Part shown: in pieces, positions 1-10,374 of the stretch
How the letters are laid out: every line of letters begins with the position of its first letter
How positions within the stretch are numbered: the stretch's first letter is position 1
Assembly (NCBI GenBank): GCA_036770365.1
Contig: DAIPJH010000001.1
Location: 236,767-300,766, forward strand
Reading direction: 5' to 3'
Source: Rickettsiales bacterium
Lineage (GTDB): Bacteria; Pseudomonadota; Alphaproteobacteria; Rickettsiales; UBA998
Length of the DNA: 64,000 nt
Made by a program: the position numbers and the translations under genes
Notes under the pieces: generated by a model
What the model was told of the DNA's origin: nothing
Seen by the model: the letters and a program-made list of their open reading frames with translations, nothing else
Databases searched by the model: none

Positions 1-102
1 CACATATCCTCAACCAACTAAACTTCATACCAACCTCATGGCAATTTTTCGTCAGCTCTCCATACCATGAAATTAGTCAGAACCATAGAATTTTGATAGT
101 AT

Positions 103-903
103 CTATTGACGCTCAGGTGTATTGGTCAAAAGATTGCGTACGTCCTCAGGAGACAACTCTACAATGTTACCCTCTACACGCACATTATCTGCATGGGATT
201 GCAGATATTCCGCAACTAAAGCAAGTTCTTCCTCGGAATCTTCCCTCACCACAGGAGCATCTTCAGCAGCAAGCTCCACGGTCTCCTCATCGGCACGCAA
301 CCGCGTATCTTCAATGGCATCTGCCTCAGAAGAGATGACTTCATCCGCACTATTATCTTCAGAAACGGTATAAGCCTCATCGCAGGCTACATCCACCGCC
401 AGTTCAACACGCTGTTCCTCTTGTTCTTGAAGCATGTTTTCCCCTTTGATTAGGATATCATGACTTACCATACTCATGTCCATATCCACAAAAAGATCCG
501 CTATTTCTTTCGGGGCAATTACATCTTTCAGCGCAACATATTCCACCAGATTCATTAAAGAAAAAGCCTCAACATCCCTAACATCCTCACGGCTTTCAAT
601 CATCACCGTTCCATTTTCTTTCAACGTATCTTCCAAAGAAATATTGGTGGCAACACTCGTACCGACGGGCTGCAAAATATTGATTTGCAACATGCGTGTA
701 CTTTCCTGCATAGCACTGGCAATACGCACTATGCCATCCTTGATACCAAGCTTTGCTACAGCATCTGCCGCGGAATCCGCAACCACTTCATGTATCTGTC
801 CATCTTGCATGTATAAACGATATTGGCGTGCAAGATCTTCCTTCATTTCCGATATTGGAATATGAATAGATGAAAATTCGTGTTGTTCTTCAAATAATGC
901 CAT
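103..903 (-). CDS. hypothetical acidic protein (266 aa)
   Basis: Long uninterrupted ORF with an Asp/Glu-rich C-terminal half. I recognise no motif, so support is ORF length only. Confidence 0.45.
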   Translation of the reverse strand: MALFEEQHEFSSIHIPISEMKEDLARQYRLYMQDGQIHEVVADSAADAVAKLGIKDGIVRIASAMQESTRMLQINILQPVGTSVATNISLEDTLKENGTVMIESREDVRDVEAFSLMNLVEYVALKDVIAPKEIADLFVDMDMSMVSHDILIKGENMLQEQEEQRVELAVDVACDEAYTVSEDNSADEVISSEADAIEDTRLRADEETVELAAEDAPVVREDSEEELALVAEYLQSHADNVRVEGNIVELSPEDVRNLLTNTPERQ

Positions 904-955
904 AATCAGTCACATCTACGGTGAAACAGATAAGTCTTTACAAGAAACGTGCCGA

Positions 956-1423
956 CTAAAACGCCTTCCATTTCATCCCACCAAGGATAAAACGTACCAC
1001 ACCTTTTTCATCTGCTAACGGCAGCATGGTCGAACGGTATTTCACCAATAATTTCTTCGCGTTGAGAAACTCATTAATCTCTTCCGCAGGCTTGCTGGTT
1101 TGCACAATCTCTCGAAATTTATGCACTAACGACATACTCGATGGAAAGATTAGACGCGCACATACGTCACGTGCGGTCGCATCCTCTCCCCCATACGCTT
1201 CTACAAGCGTATTACCTAGGTAAAGATAGGTGAACTCACCTTCATCGTCTACACCTTCATTATAACGTACCAAAAAACATGAATCCCAAATTTCGGAAAG
1301 TTCCGCAGGTTCAATTTCTTTTTCTGGGGGAAAAGCCCTACCTTGACGTTTTACGTCCCAATAAGCACGTAAATATTCATTGATACGTTGCTTTTCACGA
1401 TATTCTGCCGTGTTGGATGTCAT
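956..1423 (-). CDS. small stand-alone PAS-like protein, function unknown
   Basis: 155-aa ORF. Its size and sequence style recall the PAS_5-type stand-alone proteins of Alphaproteobacteria (from memory, not searched). Confidence 0.5.
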   Translation of the reverse strand: MTSNTAEYREKQRINEYLRAYWDVKRQGRAFPPEKEIEPAELSEIWDSCFLVRYNEGVDDEGEFTYLYLGNTLVEAYGGEDATARDVCARLIFPSSMSLVHKFREIVQTSKPAEEINEFLNAKKLLVKYRSTMLPLADEKGVVRFILGGMKWKAF

Positions 1424-1555
1424 GCACCCTACTCCTTTATATAGTATCAGCCAATTTCAATACCGTCTGCACAGTACTGCACTTTATTGGTTTATCACAG
1501 CTTAACATAGAAACCATTGCTGTTTTGTAAAGAAGACAGCGTTTATGATCTCTTT

Positions 1556-2848
1556 TTAGCTGTTTTGTGACAAAACGCTCCCCGCTAAGTACAAAGATCC
1601 ACAAATAAGAATATCCTGACCCGCACCACCAGAGACCACAATATCACGAATTGCCTCTTCCACAGACATCGCACTACGCGCACTACGTTGGAACGCTGCC
1701 ACAGCTTTTACAATCTCCATAGCGTCCATAGGATCGCGTTGAAATGGAATGGTCACGGCATGTACCGATGCCACATGCGGCAAAATATGCCGCAAAATCG
1801 CTTTAGGATCACGCCCCTGCATCATCCCCATCACAATATGTACTGGACGGGTACGCTGCTTAAGCCAATCCGCTAAAATAACAGCAGCACCTTCATTATG
1901 TCCGCCGTCTAACCATAACTCCATATCCTTATAGAGCATCTTCGGCAAAACACCCCGCGTCAAACGCTGCAAACGCGCAGGCCAGATAACCTTTGTCAGA
2001 CCATTTATCACCCTACGTTTACTCAATTTTACCAAACCAAGACGGTGCAACTGTTCCATACAAGCAATCGCCAATGCAGCATTCTCCATCTGATGCCGTC
2101 CCTGAAGCGCAGGCATTAAATGCCTCCATGTTACATCAGAAGATATATAGGTAAAATCATGTACGCCGCATAACACACGCCACGCAACCCCTTCTTTGAT
2201 AAGTGGCACTGTTTTTAACGCCGCCTGCTCCATGATCGAAGTCCATGCCTCAACTTCTTGCCGCCCCACTACGCAAGGCACTCTTGATTTTAATATGCCT
2301 GCTTTTTCATACGCAATGGCGGCAAGCGAGTTACCCAAGAATTTTTCATGGTCCATTGATATTGGTGTAATCGCCGTCAACACAGGGCGATCTATCATAT
2401 TTGTTGCATCTAACCGACCTCCAAGCCCTGTTTCCAACAAAAGAAAATCAGCCTGCACACGACTAAACATCAAGAATGCCGCTGCGGTCGTTGCCTCAAA
2501 ATAAGTCAAAGGAAAATCGCGGGTTTCATTCACAACCTCTTGTAATATATCGACAAGCGCATCCTCAGAAATTACATGCCCCGCCACCACCATACGCTCA
2601 TGAAAATGCACCAGATGCGGCGATGTATAAACATGCACCGTCTTGCCGTGTGCTTCTAACATCGCCCTTATATTAGCGATCAACGACCCTTTACCATTCG
2701 TTCCCGCCACATGAATGACAGGCGGAAGCTTCGTATGTGGCGACCCAATTTTCTCAAGAAACTGCGCCATCCGTGTAAGTTTTAGATCTATCAACGGCAA
2801 AGGATGTTCTTCTAGAACACGTAAGAGTAAGTCTGATTTTTTATCCAT
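1556..2848 (-). CDS. folC: bifunctional folylpolyglutamate synthase / dihydrofolate synthase
   Basis: 430-aa ORF with the Mur-ligase-type P-loop HVAGTNGKGS near the N-terminus and FolC-like length and layout. Confidence 0.9.
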   Translation of the reverse strand: MDKKSDLLLRVLEEHPLPLIDLKLTRMAQFLEKIGSPHTKLPPVIHVAGTNGKGSLIANIRAMLEAHGKTVHVYTSPHLVHFHERMVVAGHVISEDALVDILQEVVNETRDFPLTYFEATTAAAFLMFSRVQADFLLLETGLGGRLDATNMIDRPVLTAITPISMDHEKFLGNSLAAIAYEKAGILKSRVPCVVGRQEVEAWTSIMEQAALKTVPLIKEGVAWRVLCGVHDFTYISSDVTWRHLMPALQGRHQMENAALAIACMEQLHRLGLVKLSKRRVINGLTKVIWPARLQRLTRGVLPKMLYKDMELWLDGGHNEGAAVILADWLKQRTRPVHIVMGMMQGRDPKAILRHILPHVASVHAVTIPFQRDPMDAMEIVKAVAAFQRSARSAMSVEEAIRDIVVSGGAGQDILICGSLYLAGSVLSQNS

Positions 2849-3328
2849 AGTGTTACTTTATATACTCTTTCCAGTTAGGTCTGACACGAGATGTAATCGC
2901 TCCTTATCACCATAGCAATGTCAAAAAAGAGGGGGATCATAAGAAAAAAATGCATTGTCACAAAAATTTCATATTTCTTAAAAAATGCCAATATTGTTAA
3001 TTTTTGATTAATTTAATTATGAGCTATTCATAATATAAAAATCGCTAAAATGCGTTTTTTTATGGGTTTTTACCGTATATTATTCATATAATACAGAAAA
3101 TTAGCAATGTTTTTTGCCTTTTGAGCGTTTTTGGTCAAAAAATACCCTAAATTTAGACGGCATTTTAGTTAAATATCCTACAGATTACCCTCAAAAAACC
3201 ATTAAAATACAGATTTTTATTTTATTGACCGCCTAAAAAATATTTGGCATGGTCAATATCAGAAGGCGGAACAACTGCCCGTAATATTAACAATAAAATA
3301 CATTATTAAACTTTGGGGAACGAGCGAC

Positions 3329-6007
3329 ATGACAAACCAAACCACATTAATTCATGAAGGATGTAACTGCCCATTATGTGCAGGATCTCAAATCAATAGC
3401 CATGAAAAAGGAACAGGCCCAGAAAGCAATCCTATTCGTGGAGAAGTCTATTTTGGCTCTGCGGGGACAGGTGAATTAGGTGATGGTCTCAATGGCTTTA
3501 CTACTGCACGTGATGCACTCCATACTTCTGGTAAAACATGGACCGGCACAAATGGTCAGGCAGCTAACATCACCTATAGCATGGCATTGAATGACTGGCA
3601 GTATACGAGTGTCGGTGGTGGCGCAAGCAATGCAGGTTTATTAAACGCAGCACAACAAGCAGCAGTACGTTCTTCATTTCAAGCGTGGTCAAATGTTGCG
3701 AACGTGACATTCACCGAAAACAACAGCCTTGGTAACAACACGGGAATCGTGATTCGCCAAGCTACTATGCCTTCTGGTATCGCGGGATGGGCATCTCCTT
3801 GGACATCTGGCAATAGCATCTCTAAAGTAGATGTATTGATGGATCGCGCTTATACTTCTACTCCTACCGTTGGCACACATGCTTACATGACCTTCTTACA
3901 TGAACTGGGTCATGCGATTGGTCTTAGCCATCCAGGTAACTATAATGGTGCATCTGGCACTGGTGGCAACACCTTCTATGACAACTGGGATGCTTCTGTT
4001 ATGTCGTACTACCAAGGTTCTTATGCCAATATGAGCCGCGGTGTTCCTGTAAGCCCGATGGTTTATGATATTGCAGCAATCCAATTACTTTACGGTGCAA
4101 ACACCAACTACCACACAGGTGCAGACACCTACACCCTTAACGGTGCAGCAACTTCTTACGCGATTTGGGATGCAGGTGGTTCTGATACACTTTCTGCTTC
4201 TGGCTACTCTGGCACAACCACCCTTGATATTCGTGAAGGCTTATACAACGTATCTTTGGTTGGCAGCTCTTCTGTTTGGGCAGCATTCAATGCACATATT
4301 GAGAACGCTACTGGTGGTAACGGCACAGATACCATCTATGGTAACGCATATGCCAACGTACTTACCGGTAACCTTGGTAACGATATTATCTCTGGCGGCG
4401 CAGGCAATGATACCTTGGTCGGTGGCGCAGGCAACGATGAATACCGCTTAGTAACAGGCGATGGCACAGATACCATCACCGATTCTGATGGTACAGGTCG
4501 CTTATATTTCAATGGCACACAGCTTTCTGGGACAGCGACCCTTGTAAGTGGCAGCACCTATTCCTTAGATGTAGGCGGCGTAGCATACAATGCAGTGCAA
4601 GTGGGTGCTAACCTTGAAGTAAGCCTTGGTGGCAGCGACAAAGCAATCATCACCAACTTTGCTTCTGGTAATCTTGGTATTCTTCTACAAGGTGGGTCAA
4701 CTGGCACTGGTACAGGCACTGGTACAGGCACTGGTACAGGAATTGGCACTGGCACTGGCACTGGTACTGGTACTGGCACTGGTACAGGAACTGGTACTGG
4801 TAGCTCTGGTGGATCGGTCAGCCTCGGCAATCCGAACCTCAATGCTCCAGCAGGCAATGCACTCAATGGCAGTGCTGGTAACGACAAGTTAACTGGTTCT
4901 GATAATGCAGAAATCGCTTATGGCTTTGCTGGCGCAGATGGCTTTACTGGTAACGGTGGCAATGACTACTTAAGCGGTGGCGACGGTGCTGACAAAATTG
5001 CTGGCGGCGCAGGCAATGACACCTTGCTTGGTGGAAATGACAACGATAATCTTTCAGATGATTCAGGCAGTAATGTTGCAACTGGTGATGCTGGTAACGA
5101 TACTATCGCCCTCACAGGTACAGGTAACAACTGGATGAATGGCGGCGTAGGTGCAGACAAACTTACAGGTGGTGACGGTGCAGATACCATCATTGGTGGT
5201 GCTGACAACGATGCTATCACTGGCGGTGCAGGCAACGACGTCACTACAGGTGATGCAGGTGACGATTCTATCAGCCTTGGCGCGGGTAATGACTACACTG
5301 ATGGTGGTGCTGGCAATGACCGAATTGCAGGTGATGTTGGTAATGACACACTACTCGGTGGTGCTGACAACGACAGCATCGTAGACACTGCGGGTGCAAA
5401 CTCTCTTGATGGTGGCGATGGTAATGATGTTATCACTGGAGGTGTGGATGCGGATACCATTCTTGGTGGTAATGGCAACGACGCTATCAAAGCAGGTCTA
5501 GGTAATGACTCTGTTCTCGGTGGTGCTGGTCTTGATACCATTGATGCTGCGGATGGTAATGACTATATCAACGGTGGTGCTGGCGATGACCAAGTCAAAG
5601 CGGGTGCAGGCAATGACACGATTTATGGTGGTGACGATCAAGACAATCTCTTTGGTGGCCTTGATAATGACGTTCTCTTTGGTGACCTTGGCAACGACAC
5701 TCTTCAAGGTGATGCAGGCAACGACGCACTAACTGGCGGTGCAGGTGATGACCGCCTCGTTGGTAACGCAGGCGATGATACTATGACAGGTGGCTTGGGT
5801 GCTGACGTATTTGACTTCAAACAAGGCGGTCATGACGTAGTGACAGACTTTGTTCACGGACAAGATTTGTTAGACTTTGCAGGTAACTTTGCAAAAATCA
5901 TAGCAACCGCAACCCATGACGCTTCTGGTATGCACATCGTTCTCGGTGCAAACACCATCGTTGACTTACTTGGTGTAAGCAGCTTGAGCTTGTCAGATTT
6001 CATCTAA
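3329..6007 (+). CDS. serralysin-family (M10B-like) zinc metalloprotease with a long RTX calcium-binding repeat region, putative T1SS substrate
   Basis: The zinc motif HELGHAIGLSHP (HExxHxxGxxH) plus the Met-turn SVMSYY is a metzincin signature. Many GGxGxD nonapeptide repeats run from about aa 330 to 830. A (GT)n linker lies at about aa 458-491. There is no N-terminal signal peptide, and the C-terminus is hydrophobic/acidic (...LSLSDFI). Confidence 0.9.
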   Translation: MTNQTTLIHEGCNCPLCAGSQINSHEKGTGPESNPIRGEVYFGSAGTGELGDGLNGFTTARDALHTSGKTWTGTNGQAANITYSMALNDWQYTSVGGGASNAGLLNAAQQAAVRSSFQAWSNVANVTFTENNSLGNNTGIVIRQATMPSGIAGWASPWTSGNSISKVDVLMDRAYTSTPTVGTHAYMTFLHELGHAIGLSHPGNYNGASGTGGNTFYDNWDASVMSYYQGSYANMSRGVPVSPMVYDIAAIQLLYGANTNYHTGADTYTLNGAATSYAIWDAGGSDTLSASGYSGTTTLDIREGLYNVSLVGSSSVWAAFNAHIENATGGNGTDTIYGNAYANVLTGNLGNDIISGGAGNDTLVGGAGNDEYRLVTGDGTDTITDSDGTGRLYFNGTQLSGTATLVSGSTYSLDVGGVAYNAVQVGANLEVSLGGSDKAIITNFASGNLGILLQGGSTGTGTGTGTGTGTGIGTGTGTGTGTGTGTGTGTGSSGGSVSLGNPNLNAPAGNALNGSAGNDKLTGSDNAEIAYGFAGADGFTGNGGNDYLSGGDGADKIAGGAGNDTLLGGNDNDNLSDDSGSNVATGDAGNDTIALTGTGNNWMNGGVGADKLTGGDGADTIIGGADNDAITGGAGNDVTTGDAGDDSISLGAGNDYTDGGAGNDRIAGDVGNDTLLGGADNDSIVDTAGANSLDGGDGNDVITGGVDADTILGGNGNDAIKAGLGNDSVLGGAGLDTIDAADGNDYINGGAGDDQVKAGAGNDTIYGGDDQDNLFGGLDNDVLFGDLGNDTLQGDAGNDALTGGAGDDRLVGNAGDDTMTGGLGADVFDFKQGGHDVVTDFVHGQDLLDFAGNFAKIIATATHDASGMHIVLGANTIVDLLGVSSLSLSDFI
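4700..4801 (+). repeat. in-frame tandem repeat of ggcact/ggtaca hexamers encoding about 17 Gly-Thr dipeptides, one of them Gly-Ile (GTGTGT...GIGT...)
   Basis: Read directly from the sequence: actggcactggtacaggcactggtacagg... The translation is STGTGTGTGTGTGTGIGTGTGTGTGTGTGTGTGTGSS. Confidence 0.9.
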
Positions 6008-6023
6008 AATTGACAACCCCAAA

Positions 6024-6068
6024 CAACAATGCCCTGACTTACACGAGTCAGGGCATTGTTGTTTTTTA
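6024..6068. terminator. Rho-independent terminator between the convergent protease and OMP genes
   Basis: Perfect 15-bp stem aacaatgccctgact / agtcagggcattgtt, followed by gttttttatt on the plus strand. An A-run precedes it, so it could work in both directions. Confidence 0.7.
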
Positions 6069-6124
6069 TTCAAAAAATATACTCGTTTAAGAAAGGAATA
6101 ACCTCAATCAAACGAATACAACAA

Positions 6125-6859
6125 TTAAAAACCGCGAGACACCGTAAATACCGCACGCGCTTCACAGCCGTCTCGACAATCACTTTTGCTCAAATTAGTA
6201 TCAACATATTCTGCTTTCAGGTCAAAACCCTCAAGATTATAAGCAACGCCCAACGCCCAATCAGCATAATCAGGCACGCCGTATCTCGCATTTTTATCAA
6301 TAAATTGATACCCTACGTGACCATCAAGATTGAATTTGCAAGGAAGTGGTACAGACGCACCTAATTTGGTGTAATAAGCATCACCAGAATCAAGGAAAAA
6401 TTCTGGAGAATATGCCACAGAGGCATTCACACTAACAACATCAAAGTCATACGCGCCTTGTGCTGCAATTTCCCAGTAATTATAATTAAGGCTGGAATCT
6501 GCACCAGGGTAAGCATAATAGGTCAACGTCGCACCGACATCCGCCTTACCAATATGTTGATTTAGGCCTGCATACAGATCAAATTCTGAAGATGCTTCAT
6601 CACCATCATTGAAATCAACGTTTGACGCCCACACACCAAGCTTGGAAGATAGACCATTCGTATAGTCATGATTCCAATCTATATTAGCTTGTAGTGCTGG
6701 ATTTTCATCTGACTGTGATATACCACGGAACATATAATCACTCGTGATAGCGACTGAACCAGAAAATGGTGCGGTCTTTGCTGCTTCTTCCGCTGCTTGT
6801 GCAGCAAAAGGTAACAACATTGCAGCTGAGGCTGCTAAAAGTAAACGTGAAAAACGCAT
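6125..6859 (-). CDS. outer-membrane beta-barrel protein, TIGR02001 (Gcw_chp)-like
   Basis: Signal peptide MRFSRLLLAASAAMLLPFAAQA. The mature N-terminus FSGSVAITSDYMFRGISQSD and the C-terminal F are typical of this proteobacterial OMP family (from memory). Confidence 0.65.
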   Translation of the reverse strand: MRFSRLLLAASAAMLLPFAAQAAEEAAKTAPFSGSVAITSDYMFRGISQSDENPALQANIDWNHDYTNGLSSKLGVWASNVDFNDGDEASSEFDLYAGLNQHIGKADVGATLTYYAYPGADSSLNYNYWEIAAQGAYDFDVVSVNASVAYSPEFFLDSGDAYYTKLGASVPLPCKFNLDGHVGYQFIDKNARYGVPDYADWALGVAYNLEGFDLKAEYVDTNLSKSDCRDGCEARAVFTVSRGF

Positions 6860-7041
6860 CGTAATCTCCCTATTTTTTTAAATGAGTGTCGTCTTGTTAT
6901 CGCGTTTTTAAGACATGCACCATATTTTCTCACCCATAAACACACTTTGCGCATGTTTTTGTTGTAAGTGACGAGATTTTGTCGCACCCTACAGCCATCA
7001 TAAAAAATCTACACTTAACCGACTGTATTTACGGAAACATC

Positions 7042-8634
7042 ATGGCACGCACACCCAAGAATCCCGCCTCCAACGAACATAATCTTGTCCCTTTTTTGCA
7101 TCAAACCATTGCCGCGCTACATGCTGGAAATATTGCCGAAGCGCGTAAATTTGCTGAACATGTGCTATCCATTGACCCAAAACAACCTGATGGCTGGCAT
7201 TTACTTGGCTTGGTTGCACGCCGCGAGAATCACATCAAAGACGCCATAGACCATATTGAACGTGCCATCACCATCAAGTCTGATGAATCCACCTTCCATC
7301 TTAATCTTGGGAATGTCTACCGCGATGCTGGACAATTTCAAAAAGCTGAACAAGCCTACGCCAACGCCCTAAAGCTCAACAGCAAAGATGGTATGACCTA
7401 CCTTGCTTTGGGAACATTGCATTATCAGGCAAACAGCTTTCCAAATGCGGCAGTTTGTTTTGAAAAGGCTGTCACACTCATCCCTGATAACCACGATGCA
7501 TGGTATAACCTAGCAGCAACACATAACGTTCTTGGCAATAAAAAAGACAAGCTTACCGCCATTAAGCGTGCATTAGAACTCAACCCCGAACATGCCATTG
7601 GCTGGCATTTGCTGGTTCAAAGCATGCATAAACATGAAGATAGTACCGTTGCTACCATGCAACGTCTATGGCAAGAAGGACAAGATTCCCTCACCACCGA
7701 CGACGCGGTCAGCCTATGCTTTGGTCTTGGCAAAATCCATGAAGATCGCAAAAATTATGATCTTGCTTTTCATTGGTATAGTAAAGGCAACCGTACAAAA
7801 CGCCAAAGCTATACCTATGATATCCACCAATCAGAGTCTAAATTCGCGCTTACAGAAAAACTTTATGATGATGCATGGATCAAACTTTATGAAGGCAAAG
7901 GCGTAGAAGATGACACCCCGATCTTTGTCGTTGGGATGCCGCGTTCAGGCACGTCATTAGTTGAACAGATTTTAGCAAGCCATTCTCAGATTCACGGTGC
8001 AGGTGAGCTAATGACCGTGCCACGCCTGATTAGCACCTGCGAGCAGGCAACAAGCTCTCGATTCCCATTACTTGCCAATATTTTATCAACACAAACTTAC
8101 CAGAATTTTGGCAATTCCTACCTCACCGAGGCACGCGCAAACGCTGGCGACGCACGTTTTGTGGTTGATAAACTTCCCGGAAATTACCTCTATCTCGGCA
8201 TGATTCACGCAGCTCTTCCTAAGGCAAAAATCATTCATTGTGTGCGTGATGGCATGGACAATGCTTTCTCCATTTTCAAAAATCTCTTCGGAGCATACAC
8301 TCCATACGGCTATGATCTTTGGGAGATTGGGCGGATGCAATGTTTGCACAACACGATCATGGAGCATTGGAAAAAAGTATTGCCTAAGGGGACGATCTTA
8401 GAAGTTAGCTACGAATCTATTGTCAATGACTTTGAAACACAAGCGCACCGCATGATTGATTTTGTTGGCGTCGATTGGGAAGATACATGTATGGACTTCC
8501 ACAAAACCAAACGCAGCGTCAACACTGCCAGCTCCGATCAAGTGCGTCAACCGCTCTATGACTCATCCGTGGGGTCAGCACGCCATTATGTACGCCATAT
8601 GGGTGCGCTGGAAGCAGCTTGGGCGGCGGAATAA
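7042..8634 (+). CDS. TPR-repeat / sulfotransferase fusion protein
   Basis: The N-terminal ~250 aa carry TPR-like repeats (AEARKFAEHVLSIDPKQPDGWHLLG, GNVYRDAGQFQKAEQAYANALKLN and others). The C-terminal domain has a PAPS 5-prime-phosphosulfate loop GMPRSGTSL and a 3-prime-phosphate motif CVRDGMDNAFS. The ORF track opens at a TTG at 6979, and I prefer the first ATG at 7042. Confidence 0.8.
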   Translation: MARTPKNPASNEHNLVPFLHQTIAALHAGNIAEARKFAEHVLSIDPKQPDGWHLLGLVARRENHIKDAIDHIERAITIKSDESTFHLNLGNVYRDAGQFQKAEQAYANALKLNSKDGMTYLALGTLHYQANSFPNAAVCFEKAVTLIPDNHDAWYNLAATHNVLGNKKDKLTAIKRALELNPEHAIGWHLLVQSMHKHEDSTVATMQRLWQEGQDSLTTDDAVSLCFGLGKIHEDRKNYDLAFHWYSKGNRTKRQSYTYDIHQSESKFALTEKLYDDAWIKLYEGKGVEDDTPIFVVGMPRSGTSLVEQILASHSQIHGAGELMTVPRLISTCEQATSSRFPLLANILSTQTYQNFGNSYLTEARANAGDARFVVDKLPGNYLYLGMIHAALPKAKIIHCVRDGMDNAFSIFKNLFGAYTPYGYDLWEIGRMQCLHNTIMEHWKKVLPKGTILEVSYESIVNDFETQAHRMIDFVGVDWEDTCMDFHKTKRSVNTASSDQVRQPLYDSSVGSARHYVRHMGALEAAWAAE

Positions 8635-8771
8635 TCGAGTAAAGATCCAATTAAGTTGACACACCCGAACCGTTTGCGGTTATGGGGCAATCTATACTTT
8701 GCTTTTCCGCCATTAAATATGATTATGCTATAGTTTCTTATAGAAATTCGAAAATGACATAAATTCTCTAC

Positions 8772-8808
8772 AAAAAACCCCATTTGTTTCCAAACAGGGT
8801 TTTTTTAC
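8772..8808. terminator. possible bidirectional terminator between the convergent sulfotransferase and clpX genes
   Basis: aaaaaacccc..tgtttccaaaca..gggttttttt: an imperfect hairpin flanked by an A-run and a T-run. Confidence 0.45.
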
Positions 8809-8836
8809 CAATCATCTAACTGATAACTGACTGCCA

Positions 8837-10108
8837 CTAGTCTTTTGCTTTTGCTTCTTTCGGCTCTTTTGCCTTTTTCTCATGCACTAACAGTGGCTCT
8901 TTTTTCTTTTCCACAACATCTGCACTAATCACCACTTCGGTGACATCATCATAGCTCGGAAGATCATACATCAGATCAAGTAAGATCTCCTCAATGATAG
9001 CACGAAGACCACGCGCACCTGTCTTACGTTCAATAGCACGTTTAGCAATCGCCAGATATGCATCGTCCGTAAAGGTCAGCTTAACATCTTCCATCTCAAA
9101 CAATTTGCCATATTGACGCACCAGTGCGTTTTTCGGCTCGGTCAAAATAGAAATCAGTGCAGGCTCATCCAGATCATGCAAGGTTGCAATCACAGGAAGA
9201 CGACCAATAAACTCTGGAATCAAACCAAATTTCATCAAATCTTCTGGACGTACCTCTTCAAAAATAGCCCCTAAACGCTTATCTTCATCACCACGTACAT
9301 CTGCACCAAAACCAATTGCCGACCCTTTACCACGCGCTGCGATAATTTTATCTAAACCTGCAAATGCACCACCGCAGATAAAGAGGATATTTGAGGTATC
9401 CACTTGCAAAAATTCTTGCTGAGGATGTTTACGACCACCTTGAGGTGGGACAGAAGCAACCGTCCCTTCCATGATTTTTAGCAAGGCTTGCTGTACGCCC
9501 TCACCAGACACGTCACGAGTAATTGAAGGATTATCTGACTTACGTGAGATCTTATCGACCTCATCAATATAAACGATCCCACGCTGTGCGCGCTCGACGT
9601 TATAATCCGCTGCTTGTAGCAAACGTAGGATGATATTTTCTACATCCTCACCCACATACCCTGCCTCGGTCAACGTAGTAGCGTCCGCCATTGTAAACGG
9701 CACATCCAAAATGCGCGCTAATGTCTGTGCAAGCAACGTCTTACCACAACCCGTAGGCCCAAGCAGCAAGATGTTAGATTTTGCAAGTTCTACATCACTG
9801 CCTTTTTCTTGCAGCGAAATACGTTTGTAATGATTATGCACTGCCACCGACAAAATCTTTTTCGCGGACCCCTGACCAATGACGTAATCATCCAACACTG
9901 CGCGAATCTCATGCGGGGTGGCAATACGATCTTCATCACGTGAAATCACCGTTTTGTCTGCCGTACGGATAATGTCCATACACAACTCAACGCACTCATC
10001 ACAAATGAACACGGTCGGCCCTGCGATCAGTTTACGCACCTCATGCTCACTTTTCCCACAAAAAGAGCAATAACGTGTATTCTTTGTTTCTCTGCCTGTC
10101 TTGGTCAT
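8837..10108 (-). CDS. clpX: ATP-dependent Clp protease ATP-binding subunit ClpX
   Basis: N-terminal zinc-binding CSFCGK...CDEC, Walker A GPTGCGKT, and an IGF-like loop region. The 423-aa length fits. Confidence 0.95.
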   Translation of the reverse strand: MTKTGRETKNTRYCSFCGKSEHEVRKLIAGPTVFICDECVELCMDIIRTADKTVISRDEDRIATPHEIRAVLDDYVIGQGSAKKILSVAVHNHYKRISLQEKGSDVELAKSNILLLGPTGCGKTLLAQTLARILDVPFTMADATTLTEAGYVGEDVENIILRLLQAADYNVERAQRGIVYIDEVDKISRKSDNPSITRDVSGEGVQQALLKIMEGTVASVPPQGGRKHPQQEFLQVDTSNILFICGGAFAGLDKIIAARGKGSAIGFGADVRGDEDKRLGAIFEEVRPEDLMKFGLIPEFIGRLPVIATLHDLDEPALISILTEPKNALVRQYGKLFEMEDVKLTFTDDAYLAIAKRAIERKTGARGLRAIIEEILLDLMYDLPSYDDVTEVVISADVVEKKKEPLLVHEKKAKEPKEAKAKD

Positions 10109-10374
10109 ATCAACCCAGCCCCATCTTTATTGATCGCGTTTTCTTTAAGCATCATAGTCTTTTAACTTATAGCACTCACGTACCCATACAATTTTCCTAA
10201 AAATGAAAATTATAAAGTTTAAATACTATAACACCAGCACGGTTCGTGCCAACACCTAGTCATCACCATAATGTATGAATAGACATATCTCATAATAGAC
10301 GCAATGGGAGTCATAAAAATAGTGCGTTTTATCCTCGTCTGTCACGCACTAGCCACACACAGAAGATAAAGAAC

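Noticed and set aside
4300-5800. Highly periodic DNA (the RTX nonapeptide repeats and GT hexamers) considered as a possible CRISPR or other non-coding array.
   Set aside because: The periodicity is 27 nt and 6 nt, it is in frame within a long ORF, and it encodes GGxGxD and GT repeats. There is no repeat-spacer organisation and there are no cas genes.
8812-8836. Stop-codon-dense words (ctaactgataactgactg) just 3-prime of clpX, with similar strings 3-prime of ftsA (48196-48232, taactaataactagtgacaaatgactgataa) and near 37780-37806 (cctgattcctgaatcctaattcc).
   Set aside because: They carry TAA, TGA and TAG in all three frames and resemble each other loosely. I cannot distinguish this from ordinary AT-rich intergenic composition without genome-wide statistics. 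They are worth a k-mer enrichment check but not reportable as an element.
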